Origin: the human T2T-CHM13v2.0 reference genome, Homo sapiens | Reading direction: 5' to 3' (one strand) | NCBI RefSeq assembly: GCF_009914755.1 | Contig: NC_060935.1 | DNA length: 64,000 bases | Shown: in pieces, positions 31,544 through 45,297 of the stretch | Layout of the letters: every line of letters begins with the position of its first letter | Numbering within the stretch: position 1 is the stretch's first letter | Notes under the pieces: model-generated | The model's input: the letters and a program-made list of their open reading frames with translations, nothing else | Told to the model about the DNA's origin: nothing | Databases searched by the model: none | Made by a program: the position numbers and the translations under genes

Positions 31544-34500
31544 CATTATATTTGGACTTCACCACTGAACCAAAGCACAAGTAGCTCTGATAAGTAAAAT
31601 TTCCCATCTGTAATTGAAATAAATCTTAAACCTAATTGTTGTATTGATTATATAATGCTTTTTCAATTCAACAAATTCACAACTAGCTAAAATGTCATAT
31701 TTCTGTATCAGATAATAAAGTCATAAGAGGAGTAAATAATTGAAAACTGAAAAGACTTGTTTTCAAATTAATATTAAACGATTGAAAATTTTGAAAACTG
31801 AATTAAGAATAGAGTCCATTAATTCAATTTCATAAATTCATGTAGAAACATCAGCAATAAAAAAGAAACAAATATGTTGTAGACCAAAATGAAGATCTTA
31901 AAGAGGAATTGATTTCAACAAACCACAAAGCACTTCTCAGCTTTTCAGATCATTGGCTATATTTAAGAATGGGAGCAGACTATTACCTCTTTTATTCCTC
32001 TTCTGCTTCTATCATCTTTATCTTGAGATGCCATTCTTCAGACCAATCCCTTCTCCACAAGAGTACTGTGTCATTAATAGGAAATACTGTTGAACTGCGT
32101 AAAGGTTCCACATTCTTATTTTTTCTATCACTAGACAAACTCAGAAAAGCCATGCTGCTCTTCATTGTATTCACTTTGCCTCAATAGAAAACACTAAAAG
32201 TAAAAATGAAATGGAAGACCAAGACTTCCCCTTGAGATGAGAGGAAAAGAGAGAGTGTGCAAGTGTCAAACACAAAGAATGCTAGCTGGAGTCACGTACA
32301 TTTCAGAGTCACACAATTAAAATTACCTTCTTACCTCTGTGATTTTACAGAATGGTGGACAGTTGCTTAACAAGGGAAAGAATGAATGTGTGTGTGTACT
32401 TGCTCCTGAGCATTGGATCCAAAAACAAAGAAACCATTTGTTGCCTTAGCTTGTATGGCCCTTGTGTTGAGAAATAGATGGCCTGAAAGAATCAGGAGTA
32501 CCCTATCTAACATTTAAAAGGAATGTTACTTAGTATTTATAAACTTCTAAGAAAAAATGTCAGAGGTTTTTACACTTTAAAATGTGTAGGAGCTCAGAGT
32601 ATTAAGAAAAAACTCAAACTTTCTATATTTGTTTTTAATTTGTTCAGTAATTTTAGGCAATAGATTATTGTTTCATGCAGAGAAGAGATTTACTGACGGT
32701 TCAGTTTCATGAAATTTATGACACTCTGATAAAAACAATTACCTAGCAAATATTTGCTCAGCAGCAGATGAATGGCATGGGAATACAGACATGTTGGACT
32801 ATTTTGCCAAGGTACCTCCAAGAAGAGGGAAAAATGATGCAGGAAGTGGAAAAACATGATAATCTATGATACAAATACATGCAAACTTTGAGATAAAGAT
32901 AGGAAAAATATAAAATATAATTGAATGATTAGAACCAAAAGCATTTTGTCACTGTATTTGTGTGTGTGTGTTTTAAAGACAAATACCATGAAAACTCTCA
33001 AAAACTGAATGTGTAGCTTAAGTAAGTCACAGAGAAAGCTCTTTTAGCTTGTTTCACCATAAAATTTAGTATATGTAGTAAATACATTTTATAAGATATG
33101 AGATAAATATTGCATCAGCCTGATTACCATAATATGGATACTTGAGAATATTTGTTGCACATTATACTAAACTTTACAGTTACCAGTTAATTTCATTTCT
33201 TTTCACATAGCTTCACTTTGAAAAACATGAGATATAAATTCAAAGAAAAGATGAGAAATCAAAGAAATGTTGAGTTTATGCAAAAGTAAAAGTGAAAAAA
33301 TGAGAACAATTCTATTCAACTTAGGTTTATTTGATGTTTACTATGTGCAAGGCAAGCTGACATCTGATGACATCAACCCATTTTTAAATATTAGTAGTGT
33401 TTCAACCTTACTCTGAATGATTTATTCAAGGAACAAAATCTTGCAATATCAATTTTTAAATGTTTTGTTGATGAATATATAGAGTTGCATATTTGTGTAT
33501 GCTTTCAGCTACCTTTTACGGTGAAAGAAGAGAAAGAGTTGTCATAAATCTGAAGTATTTAGCATTAACATTTCTTTAGTCACAATTTTAGGGCTCATTA
33601 TTAAACTTTTGAAAACTGCAAAGTGTAATTAATGCCATTCCAATCATCAGCATCATCATCAACTTAGGAGGAACTAAACCAAATGTATTAAGAGAAAGAA
33701 GTGTAAAGTTTGTTTTAATTTTGAACTAATCTCCTCAAACCTTATTTCTCATTTGTTCAATGAGAACACAAAACTGAGCCTGGCCTGGCCTTTAATTTTC
33801 AGTACATTAACTTATGTTTCATGGAGTAGGTATTTACCACCAGGAGCCAACTCCAATAACTTTTCTCTTTATTTTAAAATTTGCCTGTAACATTTATTTG
33901 TGCAAACACTTTCTTTCCACATCTGCTTTTGTTCAATCATTTATTCTCTCCTCAAGGCCTCTATCCTTCTGATTTTTGCCATATCTTTAATATCTTCAGT
34001 CTCTCCATTTCTATCACCTTCTTTCTTTTAGCCTAACACATATGCAAAGTGGTACAGTCTTAAAAATAAAAGTAAGCCTGTTTCTCCTCTTGCCTCTACT
34101 TAAGTAACCACTCTCACACTTCACTCATTTGTATGCATGCCTTACTTTCCTCCTCTGTGTTCACTGAAAACAATTTAACTCATCTTTTTATCCTCATCAC
34201 CTAGTAGTTACTTGCAAGTAGACACCACATGCTTATTGAAGGAATACATGACTGTATGAATCCTATCATGTTCTTTTATCTCAAATTGATTGCCCTCATT
34301 AAGTATAGTTTTTGAGATCTATGAATGTCACTTAAATTTACTACAATAATAAGTAGCATAATAGCAATAAAGAGCATGCCCCAATCTTTTAGTTCAACAC
34401 AGAAAGGTGTCAGTGATAGTTTATGAAGGATGTGCAAATGGATATCTATTATATGAATAAGAGCTCATAATTTAGTTGTAATGGCTCTGAGTCAATGATA

Positions 34501-34865
34501 ATTATTTAAATATTTTTGTTGACTGATAAGCCCTAATCTGGCCATGGCACTAGCCTAATTTGGCAAATGATTTCATAGAAACAATACAAAAGTATATATG
34601 CCAATGTGTTTCCAATCTCTATGACTTTGCACCTGTTGCTCCATTGGCCTGAAACATTACTTCCTCTCTCTTCTCCTGAATAATTTCTACTTATATTTCA
34701 TGTCGAGAATATCATTTCTCTAGAAATGTTGCCATCAAATTTGTGTCTCTCATTATTTTCTCTTTCAGCAAAATCATTGCATACATAGCATAGCATGTAT
34801 CATTATATATAATTATTTGAACACATACTGAGTATGTCCCTTCCACAGCATACCTCCCTTCTTTA

Positions 34866-35361
<496 letters not shown>

Positions 35362-35926
35362 ACCTCCCTTCTTTAAACTCTAAGAATTCAACTCTTATTT
35401 CATGTATTTAGCAAGCAGTACAATGCCTGGAATTCAGTGGGCACTCGATAAATACTTATTGAATGAATGAATGAATGTGGATGAGCATAGACGCAGTCTG
35501 GGACAGGTGTTTAACGTACAGCTCCAGTAACTGAAGAATTCACGTTTTCATTGATCTCTGTAGCATGCTACTTTAACTCCTAGGGACTGCAATCCTTCTC
35601 ATACATTTACATTTTAATTTAAATTTCTCAAGATCTATAGCTCTCTTTGTTGTCAGGCTCAAATTATCTTGACCATTCACCTTCCATTCTTTTATAGAGA
35701 TATCCCCTGGACCTTGGATTAATTCTGCTAAAGCCGTTCCTATCCTTATAAGAAAATAAAGAGTAAATATTAGGAAAGGAGTTGCAGGAAGAAAATATGT
35801 TTTTTAAACAACATTCGCAAAGCTCATTTTTTAGAATTTTGTTAAGAATTAGAGGTTTAAAACAAAAGTGCCATAAAAATTAACTTCTAAATTTCATTAG
35901 TTTATCATATTAGAATAATTAGAACT

Positions 35927-36129
35927 CGTCATCTAGCATTAGGTATATCTCCCAATGCTATCCCTCCCCCCTCCCCCCACCCCACCACAGTCCCCAGAGT
36001 GTGATATTCCCCTTCCTGTGTCCATGTGAGTTAGTGGGTGCAGCGCACCAGCATGGCACATGTATACATATGTAACTAACCTGCACAATGTGCACATGTA
36101 CCCTAAAACTTAAAGTATAATAAAAAAAA
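35927..36129 (+). mobile_element. Tiny 5'-inverted L1PA2 insertion with 15-bp TSD
   Basis: Inverted 3'UTR 35923-36029, forward 3'UTR and polyA 36028-36130; TSD AGAATAATTAGAACT at 35912-35926 and 36130-36144. Confidence 0.92.
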
Positions 36130-36850
36130 AGAATAATTAGAACTTGCACAATCAAAGATCTGGTGGGATATACTTAACCGAATAACAGTAGAATATATAA
36201 TGCCTTATAATTGAGGAATGGCTATTTGCCATTAATGAAAATAGACTACAGGGAGCTTCCTATTCGAAAAAGTGGCTTATGTGTTAGCATTTACTTCTGT
36301 AGTGCCATTAACTTAAAAAATGCTAAACTTCCTTTATAGATATTGAGTGAATCATCATAATTTGCTAATATTAAGTATTATTCACATTCAAATTTTTCTA
36401 CTCATACCACTCTGACACATAACAAAATTAAGACAGTCTCAGTTTAAAGACATAGAGGATATAATTTAGGATATTAGACGGCATTAACTAAATATCTCAG
36501 AATCTAGAAATTCTGCCAGCATTGATTCAGAATGCCACCTGTAGTAGCCTGGCCTCTGTAATATACTATTTCATGTGACCATTTCAGCTCCGTGGATGTT
36601 CGATGTTAAATGAGACAGTGTGAGAGAATTATGTTAATATGCCTAAATGTAGTCCACTGGTTATTCAGTCAACAAAATGAACTAAATCCCCATTATGTTC
36701 TATGGTCTCTCTTAAAGTGTTAATTTAACAATATGCACTGCAGAGGGGAAAAAATAGGCTTTCTTAGACCTAGTAGGTAAAGAACATGAAGTAACAATCA
36801 AATTCTATTATGAGATATTGCACATAAAAGATTATTACATGCATGAAAAC

Positions 36851-37470
36851 CAGGCCTTCCTCTAACATTTGTGGGGTCTGGGACAAGAATATATATAGTA
36901 GCCTGCAAATCATATCTAAGTATTAAAAAATTATAAACTAAGCTAACAAAATTCTATTCTCCAACTTTGGTAACTATCCCTTTATAAGTCCCAAAAAGCC
37001 AGTTGTGAATTTGGAATTTTCTAACTCCTTTTATTTTGGTACGAAAATGTGAAATCTGGAAGAAGCTGGCTCCAGGTCCCTGTCTCTAATCTGCAGCCCG
37101 CCCATCTTATTTACAACACCAAAAAGGGCTTTGTGCACAAAAATGAGCAGTCTAGTCCTCATTTCCAAGCTCCATTCACCTCTTCCACATCTTCTTTACC
37201 ACTCCAACCTACAAGTATACACAGCAGTCCAGCCACAGAGATGGACCAAGTAAAGAGGCCTACCTATGCAGGCCCTGTTGACAGGCCTTGGATCATTTTG
37301 CCACAGAATTCTGAGATCCAAGTGTTCTACATATGTTCTAGAGCAGACTTGGCATGGATAATTCTCGTTGGCTGTCAAAATCCTTTTCCCGAGGGGTGGG
37401 GCGTGGCTAGAGAAAAGCCAAAGCAGGGTCCTCTGTAAAGTGTCGGGTCCTCTATAAAGTGTCAGGTCCT
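36851..37470 (-). mobile_element. MER115-like hAT-Tip100 DNA transposon
   Basis: caggcc…ctaacatttgtgggg…ggacaag…ttataaactaagctaacaaa matches the recalled MER115 end. Confidence 0.65.
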
Positions 37471-37552
37471 GATAGGATGATAATAATGCAAATATAAGGA
37501 AACTCTTATGGGGAAATTTTACACGGTCTCTCTACTATCAATGTTATTAGGA

Positions 37553-37778
37553 GAGACAGCACAACATAGTGAACAAACAAGTTGCCTGAGTACAAAACCC
37601 AACTTTACCACTTACTCTCCTGGTGTAGTTATTCCACCTTTCTGTACCTCAGTCTCCTCATGTATAAAATGATAATACTACTTATTGCATGATGTTATTG
37701 TGAAGATTAGGTGCTATGCAAAGCCCATGAAATACCTGGCATATAGAAAACACTAAATAAGTATTAGTAATGATTATT
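37553..37778 (+). mobile_element. MIR SINE
   Basis: ctttaccacttact…ctgtacctcagtctcctcatgtataaaatg…tgtgaagatta…cctggcatatag. Confidence 0.75.
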
Positions 37779-38632
37779 TTGAAGTGCTAAAGAATGATTG
37801 ATACAGTCAGGATGCATCCCATGTAGGGTGTGAACAAGTTAGTATGCCACATCTAAGAAGGAAGATAAAATCATTTTAATCCCAGAGTGATACTTCCTTT
37901 ATATTATGTGATTTTAAATCTTTTGATTTCAATTACAAGTAAAGCATTTATTAAACATTAGGTGAAATAATTATACATATATCAAACAGCACACAAATAA
38001 TACTTATTGACTGCATGCCTGATAGCATGCTAAAAACATTTTATGCAACATCACATTTAATTCTCAAAGCTAACTTAAAATTATGCACTCTTTTCTAATC
38101 TGTGTGCAAATGAGCATCTACGAAAGCATGTTTTTCATCTGGTCCCATAAAATACATTACCTGAGCAAATTAATATAGTTGTATCTGTATGTACAAACTT
38201 TATTGGCAAATGAGAACTGCAATAAATTACAAAAGATTTTACTTTAGCTTTCTACATGAGAAGTTCTAAAAGCCATTTCAGAACTGAGGACAATTTTTTG
38301 AAGTATGCTATGCATTTTCATCATATATCTCAGGATTATTGCCAGATAGAAGTATCATTACTCCTAATCTTAATAGATTGCAAAACTTTAAGCATCGGGG
38401 TGTTCAATAACAGGATTGACTAATGTAAAGGAAGTAATACTTAGTAAACAAGCTGATTACATTTAACATAATTTAAAGAAATCTCACTGGGCAAATAACC
38501 CATTGAAAACCAGTGGTAACATGGATGTAAAACTACTCTGCCGTAGGTGAGTAGGTCTCACCTAATAAACACTTCAAAACCAAGGTAGAGTCTTGAGTAG
38601 CAGGTGAGAATAAATCAAGCTGCTGTCAGTCA

Positions 38633-39178
<546 letters not shown>

Positions 39179-41777
39179 TTATAGATTTTGTTACCTGTTT
39201 CATAAAACTCCTTTATGATACATTGTTTATAAATTATTTACCAGTTTACTCACTGGGTGGTACAAGAGAGTCATTTTCTCAGCACTCTAGCTAGGAATTT
39301 AAGCCGAGAAAGGTATAATATCTTCATGAGGTTTTTGTTTATTTATTTTAGTTTTTTCATCAATTCAAGAAAATATCTTACACAGGCAGGATATGTACTA
39401 GAAAAGTAGTAATACTACATAATACAAATAAGGAAACTCAAATGTCTTACTAATAATGCAATATTGCAAATAAGAATACTCAAACATCTTACTAATAATG
39501 CAATAAATATAACTTGCCCATTGCTATATTATAAATTGTCAGACTTAACTGGAGTTTAGCATTTTAAGATAAAGTCTCATGTATAATTGACGAAGTCCCT
39601 TATTTTATCTCAGAAATGATTTCATAAAATTGAAGTGAATTAGGAAAAAGAAACATTTTTAAAAGTTACTTCGTGTTAAAGTTTATTCATTATATTTATA
39701 ATATACATTTTTTATTAAAACAGTATAATTCTGCTGTGTCCATCTATCTTTTTAACATGTTGGTAAGAGAGAGAGAAAGTATGAATTTTGTCATTTTAAA
39801 CATGGCAATGATTATCCATTTTTAAGTGATTAACCAAAACAAGAAGAATATGAGTAAATATCAAAATGTTTTTCAGTATATTTGAAACCAAAAAGTAACA
39901 AAATCAATAACAGCCAATATTTACATATTAAGAACTTACTATCTTCATAGCCTTTTATATTCTAGTCTTCTACTCTAACTTCTTCCTGCACATGTGAAAT
40001 AGATGTGTTATAAAATTATCAGTATTGAGAAATGGTAATATGCAACACTGATCTTATTGAATTTTGGCAAAAAAAAAAAAAAACCAAAAAAGTGTATGTG
40101 TATGGCGTGTGTCTTTCAAAATAAGGGCATTTAAATTGAAATTATAAAATATAAATTGTAACTAACATTGTATGTAAAATAAATAGATAATTTAACAGTC
40201 TTCTAAGAGCTCCAAAAGTAAGTATATAACATTTTGTTACAATAATCATGTGGACATCAGTTTCCAGCAATTAATCTGGTAAAAGTTCATCGATAAATTC
40301 AGCCATCTGAGCACTGAAAATAACTCGTTATTAATGGAATCAACTGGTCTACTTTTCAGTATATGAGATTTTACTCTATTAATCAGAACAGATCTTCAAA
40401 ATGCCTAAATTAACACCTCCACAAATGATAGCACGGACTGACATTTTCACAGCTCATATACAAATTAAACAAGTATCCTGTGACTCCTGTGTCAAATATG
40501 GCAGCATTTACATATATTTTTATACAATTATTTTAACTTTCAATAGTTGTGCAAATTGACTTGTACTCTTGAAGGAGTACAGTTTATGGGACTTTTACAT
40601 GATTTGTGCAGTTATGTTAAATGTATCTAACATATTTTCAAAATGTGTATGGAAAGTTAATTCTTTTTTCATTTCTTTTCATGAAAAAAAGCAGTATATT
40701 TTATTTTTTTCCAAAATATAATTGGAAATAAAATGAGCTGATTCACAGACGTATATACTCTAAAGCTTAAAAAAAAATCATGGCATCCTATTTAAAGCAT
40801 TTTGGAATAACTTTTTCTTTTTGTTTAGATGAGTTCACAGTCAATGCACAAAGTCTTTAAATGATAGTAAATCAGACTGTGACATCAGCTTATAGGTAAA
40901 GTCCAAGGTGACCCAAAATACTAACTCAATGGAGTAACTTTAAGATCTGCACTAAATAGGTTTAGGAACTAATGTGCAACCTAAGACAGAACAAGGGTAT
41001 CTCAGTACAATGGTGATGTCACATTAAAATGCTATGGCATCAATCACTGCAAACAAAACAAAAAGCACATTAATCAACCTTAAGGGAAAAAATCAATATC
41101 CAAATGATTCATTTTCCCCCAGTATTTCTCTATTTTCAGAAATTACTTCATATAAATTTTCACATAGCAAAAATATTACCCAGTATCTTCATTTAAATGT
41201 TTTCACATTAATTAGTTATAAAATAAATTATTGGCTAGGGAATTGATACATATTGATTATTCATACTTTTCACCTGAAGTGTATTTTTCTGGTGCCTTTC
41301 TAAGTCATAGTGCATCATGTGAAACTTTTAGTTTTTCAACTATTACCAAACTACATTATGCTACAGTTTCAGTTTGGCAAAGCCAGTTTCTGACTAATGA
41401 GGGGTACACCACGAAATTCTGTATTGTTTAGACAAGAAATTCAAGAGGACCTTAATCCAGTGAAATGAATACTGCCATTTTGGCATTTCTTACATCTTAA
41501 GCCCACATCTTAGGTAAAAATGGTTTCTATTCTGCTGAAATGCACCAGAAATGGCTTCGCCTTCAATTTTCCTTAGTGTGTTTTCATGGACAAAGTTGGA
41601 TTAACAATCCATGACTACAGCCTTGAAAATACTGTTAATTTCATATAAACTTATAGTTAATTTAAATTTTGGTTGCTGCTTCTGCTGCTGTGTCGTTCAA
41701 TCCCTCTACCCTTCCTGGGAGAGAATTGGGAAACATGGTATAGTATATGCCATGCCTGTTCTAAGTAGTAAAACATA

Positions 41778-41880
41778 TGGGTTAAGAATATTAATACTGG
41801 AGCCAAATCACCTGGGTTCAAAATTCAGTGCTTCCATTTGTACAATTTATATTCTTTGCACCTGACTTTCCTTATCTATA
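41778..41880 (+). mobile_element. MIR fragment
   Basis: ggttaaga…ctggagcca…cctgggttcaaa. Confidence 0.5.
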
Positions 41881-42273
41881 ATGACCTGCATTACTTAATA
41901 AATTGAAGTTGACTTGTGAAATTAATTTAACTTGAGCAATTGACGTAATTGTAGCAATTGACTTAACTTCATTTGCATATTTACCTGAGTTAGGTAGATA
42001 AAACAGAAAAGTAAATATACAAATTTCAGATTTTCATAGAAATTCTGCTACTTTTTGAAACAGGACTGAAACTAATATATTCTTCTTTATTAACTACAGT
42101 CCATGGTTACCCTAATTCCTTCATGTGCTAGTTACTCCAGACATATAACAAAAATCTATTCATCATTGCAGGATGGGAAGCTACATGAAATAAATAAACG
42201 TTTAAAAAATTCTCCAGATAAAGAACAGAAAGTGAGAGAACAGAAGCAAAGTAATAATAATTTTTTTCAAATC

Positions 42274-42445
42274 CCAGTCATCTCTAGGTATCCATGGAAG
42301 ATTGCTTCCAGGACCCTCCCCAGCAATGGAAACCAAACTCAGGAGAAGTTCAAGTACTCCAGTCAGCCTTTCACATCCATGGTTTCTGCATCCACAGTTG
42401 GGTGAATCCACAGATGTGTAACCCGTAGCTACCACTGGCTGACTG
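42274..42445 (+). mobile_element. MER2-family (TcMar-Tigger) MITE
   Basis: cagtcatctctaggtatccatggaagattgcttccaggaccc…gaatccacagatg…gactg. Confidence 0.7.
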
Positions 42446-44244
42446 CACTTGACTTATATATATTTGGGCTCCTGTATATCCCTATTGTCAATTGTCTATA
42501 CAGCACTGGTAAAAAAAGGACTGAAAATCAAATATTTTATATTTTTATTTTGTTACAGCCTTACATGACTCTGATCATCTCTATTTTCCATGTTTTCCAA
42601 TTTAAAAAGGAAAGAATAAAGTCTTGCTTGTTCTATTTCTAATTTTATTTCCAAAGAGTGGGTGATGTTGTGAATCTAGTTGATGGTGAGAGTATTATGC
42701 AATGAATTAGTTTCTATGATAACTACTTTTTGTTTTATAGCAAACAGCCATTAATTTAAAACTTGTAAATTGGAAATCCGGAACCCATTGCAGTACAGCT
42801 AGTAGAAACACATTCTTTCAGACTGTGATTACTTCCATAAATTCTTGAGTATCGAGAATTACTGCCAAACAAAACATCTTCCTGATGAAATGTATTGACT
42901 GACACTTCAGTAGAAAGAAAAGTAGAAAATGAGACTATGAGAAGAATGTCTATTTTACATAATATAATTTGAAAGGCAAACTAAAGTGATTTGTGGATTT
43001 GTTTATGTTTTAGGGTAAAGAAAAAAGAAGTGCAAAAGAAATTTATAACTGGTTTATCATTTGAAATATATGAACTTTTAAAATTTGGTAGAGAATGTCA
43101 TATTCTTTATTTACATTAACTATTAATATTAGTATTTGTCAGAAAAAAATTCTCCAATATCAAAGTAAATATTTCAAATAGAAAAAAACCTGGAGAACAA
43201 AAAGCCATACTTTAAGGAAATAAAGATTTCTTTTTAAATTGAAAGACTAAATCCAAAAGTAATATACAAGTGTACACATTCAGGTTAAGGTATTTACCAT
43301 GTTTGTTGAAAAAATAAACTCTTTAATGGTAACCGAATATATTTCTAAGAGTTACTCACATAGTTACTATTGTTTATGCATTACATATATTTAGCAACTT
43401 ACAATTTTTAGGGGCTTCTTAGAGTTTCAGAATTTTCATTTTTTTCCTCAACAAATAAACACATAATTGAAAAATTGAATATATGTTTTCATATACAATA
43501 ATACTTTTCCGATTTAAGATGTTAATCACAGCATGTTTTTAACTACAGCTTGCTCTTTTAAATTCAGCTCAGTCTATAACAATTATTATGTATGTTACTA
43601 TTATGTATGCATATGTATACATTAATGTCCTACATATGTATTTGCGTATTAATGTGTATATTAATATCATCATAAGCATACATGTATATTACATAATACT
43701 TGCATTATTTGAGTTGTATCAGCCTCAAGTTCAGAATAGCATCAATTAACATGGCCAAATTACTTATAGGAAGAGGAAGTAAAAGAATCCCTATAATTTA
43801 GCAAATTAATAATTTGCTGACTTCAACCACATTACTAGAAGCTGTTTCAGGAGATGTGTACTTTTCTCCCTCATCATATTATCCTTTCTAATTATAAGGT
43901 GGATCTTCTTTTTATAATGTATTTCAAGAAAGGCATTTCTAATTTTACAACTTAGTTTAATTCAATGTAATGGCATCAGTTTAGTTGGTCCCAAAGGAAA
44001 AGAAGCAAATAACTGAATCGTTAATGCCATCCAAAATTTTCTCCCCTTTGAGACCTGCTTAATTTTCATTATCTATAACGACTGCAGCCAATGGTGCTTA
44101 TGTCTGAAAGTACAGCATTTATTTGGGATACTCAGCATATCATTCATAAATTTTTCTGCGGTGATTTCATTTTACATGACAAAAATCACCAAGGGGACTT
44201 CCATTACTAGAAACAAGCTTGGTTTATTTTTGTAAATTTATTTT

Positions 44245-44820
44245 ACTTCAACAGTCAACAGCAGGTATTGATTACCCACTGCGTTGAGAGCATTGTACTG
44301 TGTATTGTAAGGAAACCATTACATAAGAAGTAAAATATTTGCTGAGAGAATCACTGACTTATCATCTAATGAAGGAGAGAAGGAAAACTTTACACAAATG
44401 ATTAGGTATCAGTCAATCCATCCGTTTGCTCTTGATTCATTAATTCATCGAAGTGTACTAAGAAGTAGTCTCTTTTTTCAGGGATTGTAGTTTATATAAA
44501 GACATAAGGAAGTGTTTATTCTTTCAGAACTCGTAGTGGACAGGCAAGCCATGATAGAAGTAGTCCCACAATAATAGGGAAACAATATATTATCACTAGG
44601 AGTGTTAGAGAAGCATAATGGGAATAGTTAGCTCTGACTATTCTTAAAGGATGAATTACATTTTAATGTTGAAGATTAAAGAAAGTGTAGTTCAGTAGAG
44701 AAAATACAATAAACAAAGGCACAGAATTTGGCAAGAGTAGTTATGCTAAGGCAGTTGTGAAGTTGTAAATAGTGGTTTAGCATGGCAGAACAAAGTGTAT
44801 GATATTGACTGGGAGATGTA
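44245..44820 (-). mobile_element. L2 fragments
   Basis: ttcaacag…gtattgattacccactg…gcattgtact; …aacaaaggcacaga. Confidence 0.45.
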
Positions 44821-44981
44821 TGGTTATATGTAAGGATATTGTATGCATGTTACATATTAATGGTATAAATGTGTGTGTATATGTAACATATGTTTACATA
44901 TATATACACACAGAGAGATAACATACATGGTATAAATGCATGAACTTTGCTGAGCAAAATGGTAAAAAATCTTGAAAAGTA

Positions 44982-45297
44982 CAGCTATGCTCCATGTAAC
45001 ATTTCAGCCAATGACAGACCACATATATATGGTCATCCCATAAGATTATAACGTGCTATTTTTATTGTGCTTTTTCTATGTCTAGGTATATTTTATTATA
45101 ATACAAATACTTAATGTGTTATAACTGTCTACAGTATTCGGTACAGTAACATGCTGTTCAGTTTTGTGGCCCAGGAGCAATAGGCTATATAGCGCAGGTA
45201 CATAATAGTGTATAAGATTTAGGTTTGTGCATACAACACTGAAATTGCTTAATGCATTTCTAAGAACATATCCCTATCATTTCGTGAAACATGACTG
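44982..45297 (+). mobile_element. Tigger3a (MER7A) MITE with TA TSD
   Basis: TA-cagctatgc…cccataagattataa…caggagcaataggcta…catgactg-TA. Confidence 0.85.

Noticed and set aside
43800-43818. Short palindrome agcaaatta-a-taatttgct
   Set aside because: 9-bp AT-rich arms are plausible by chance in 64 kb of this composition
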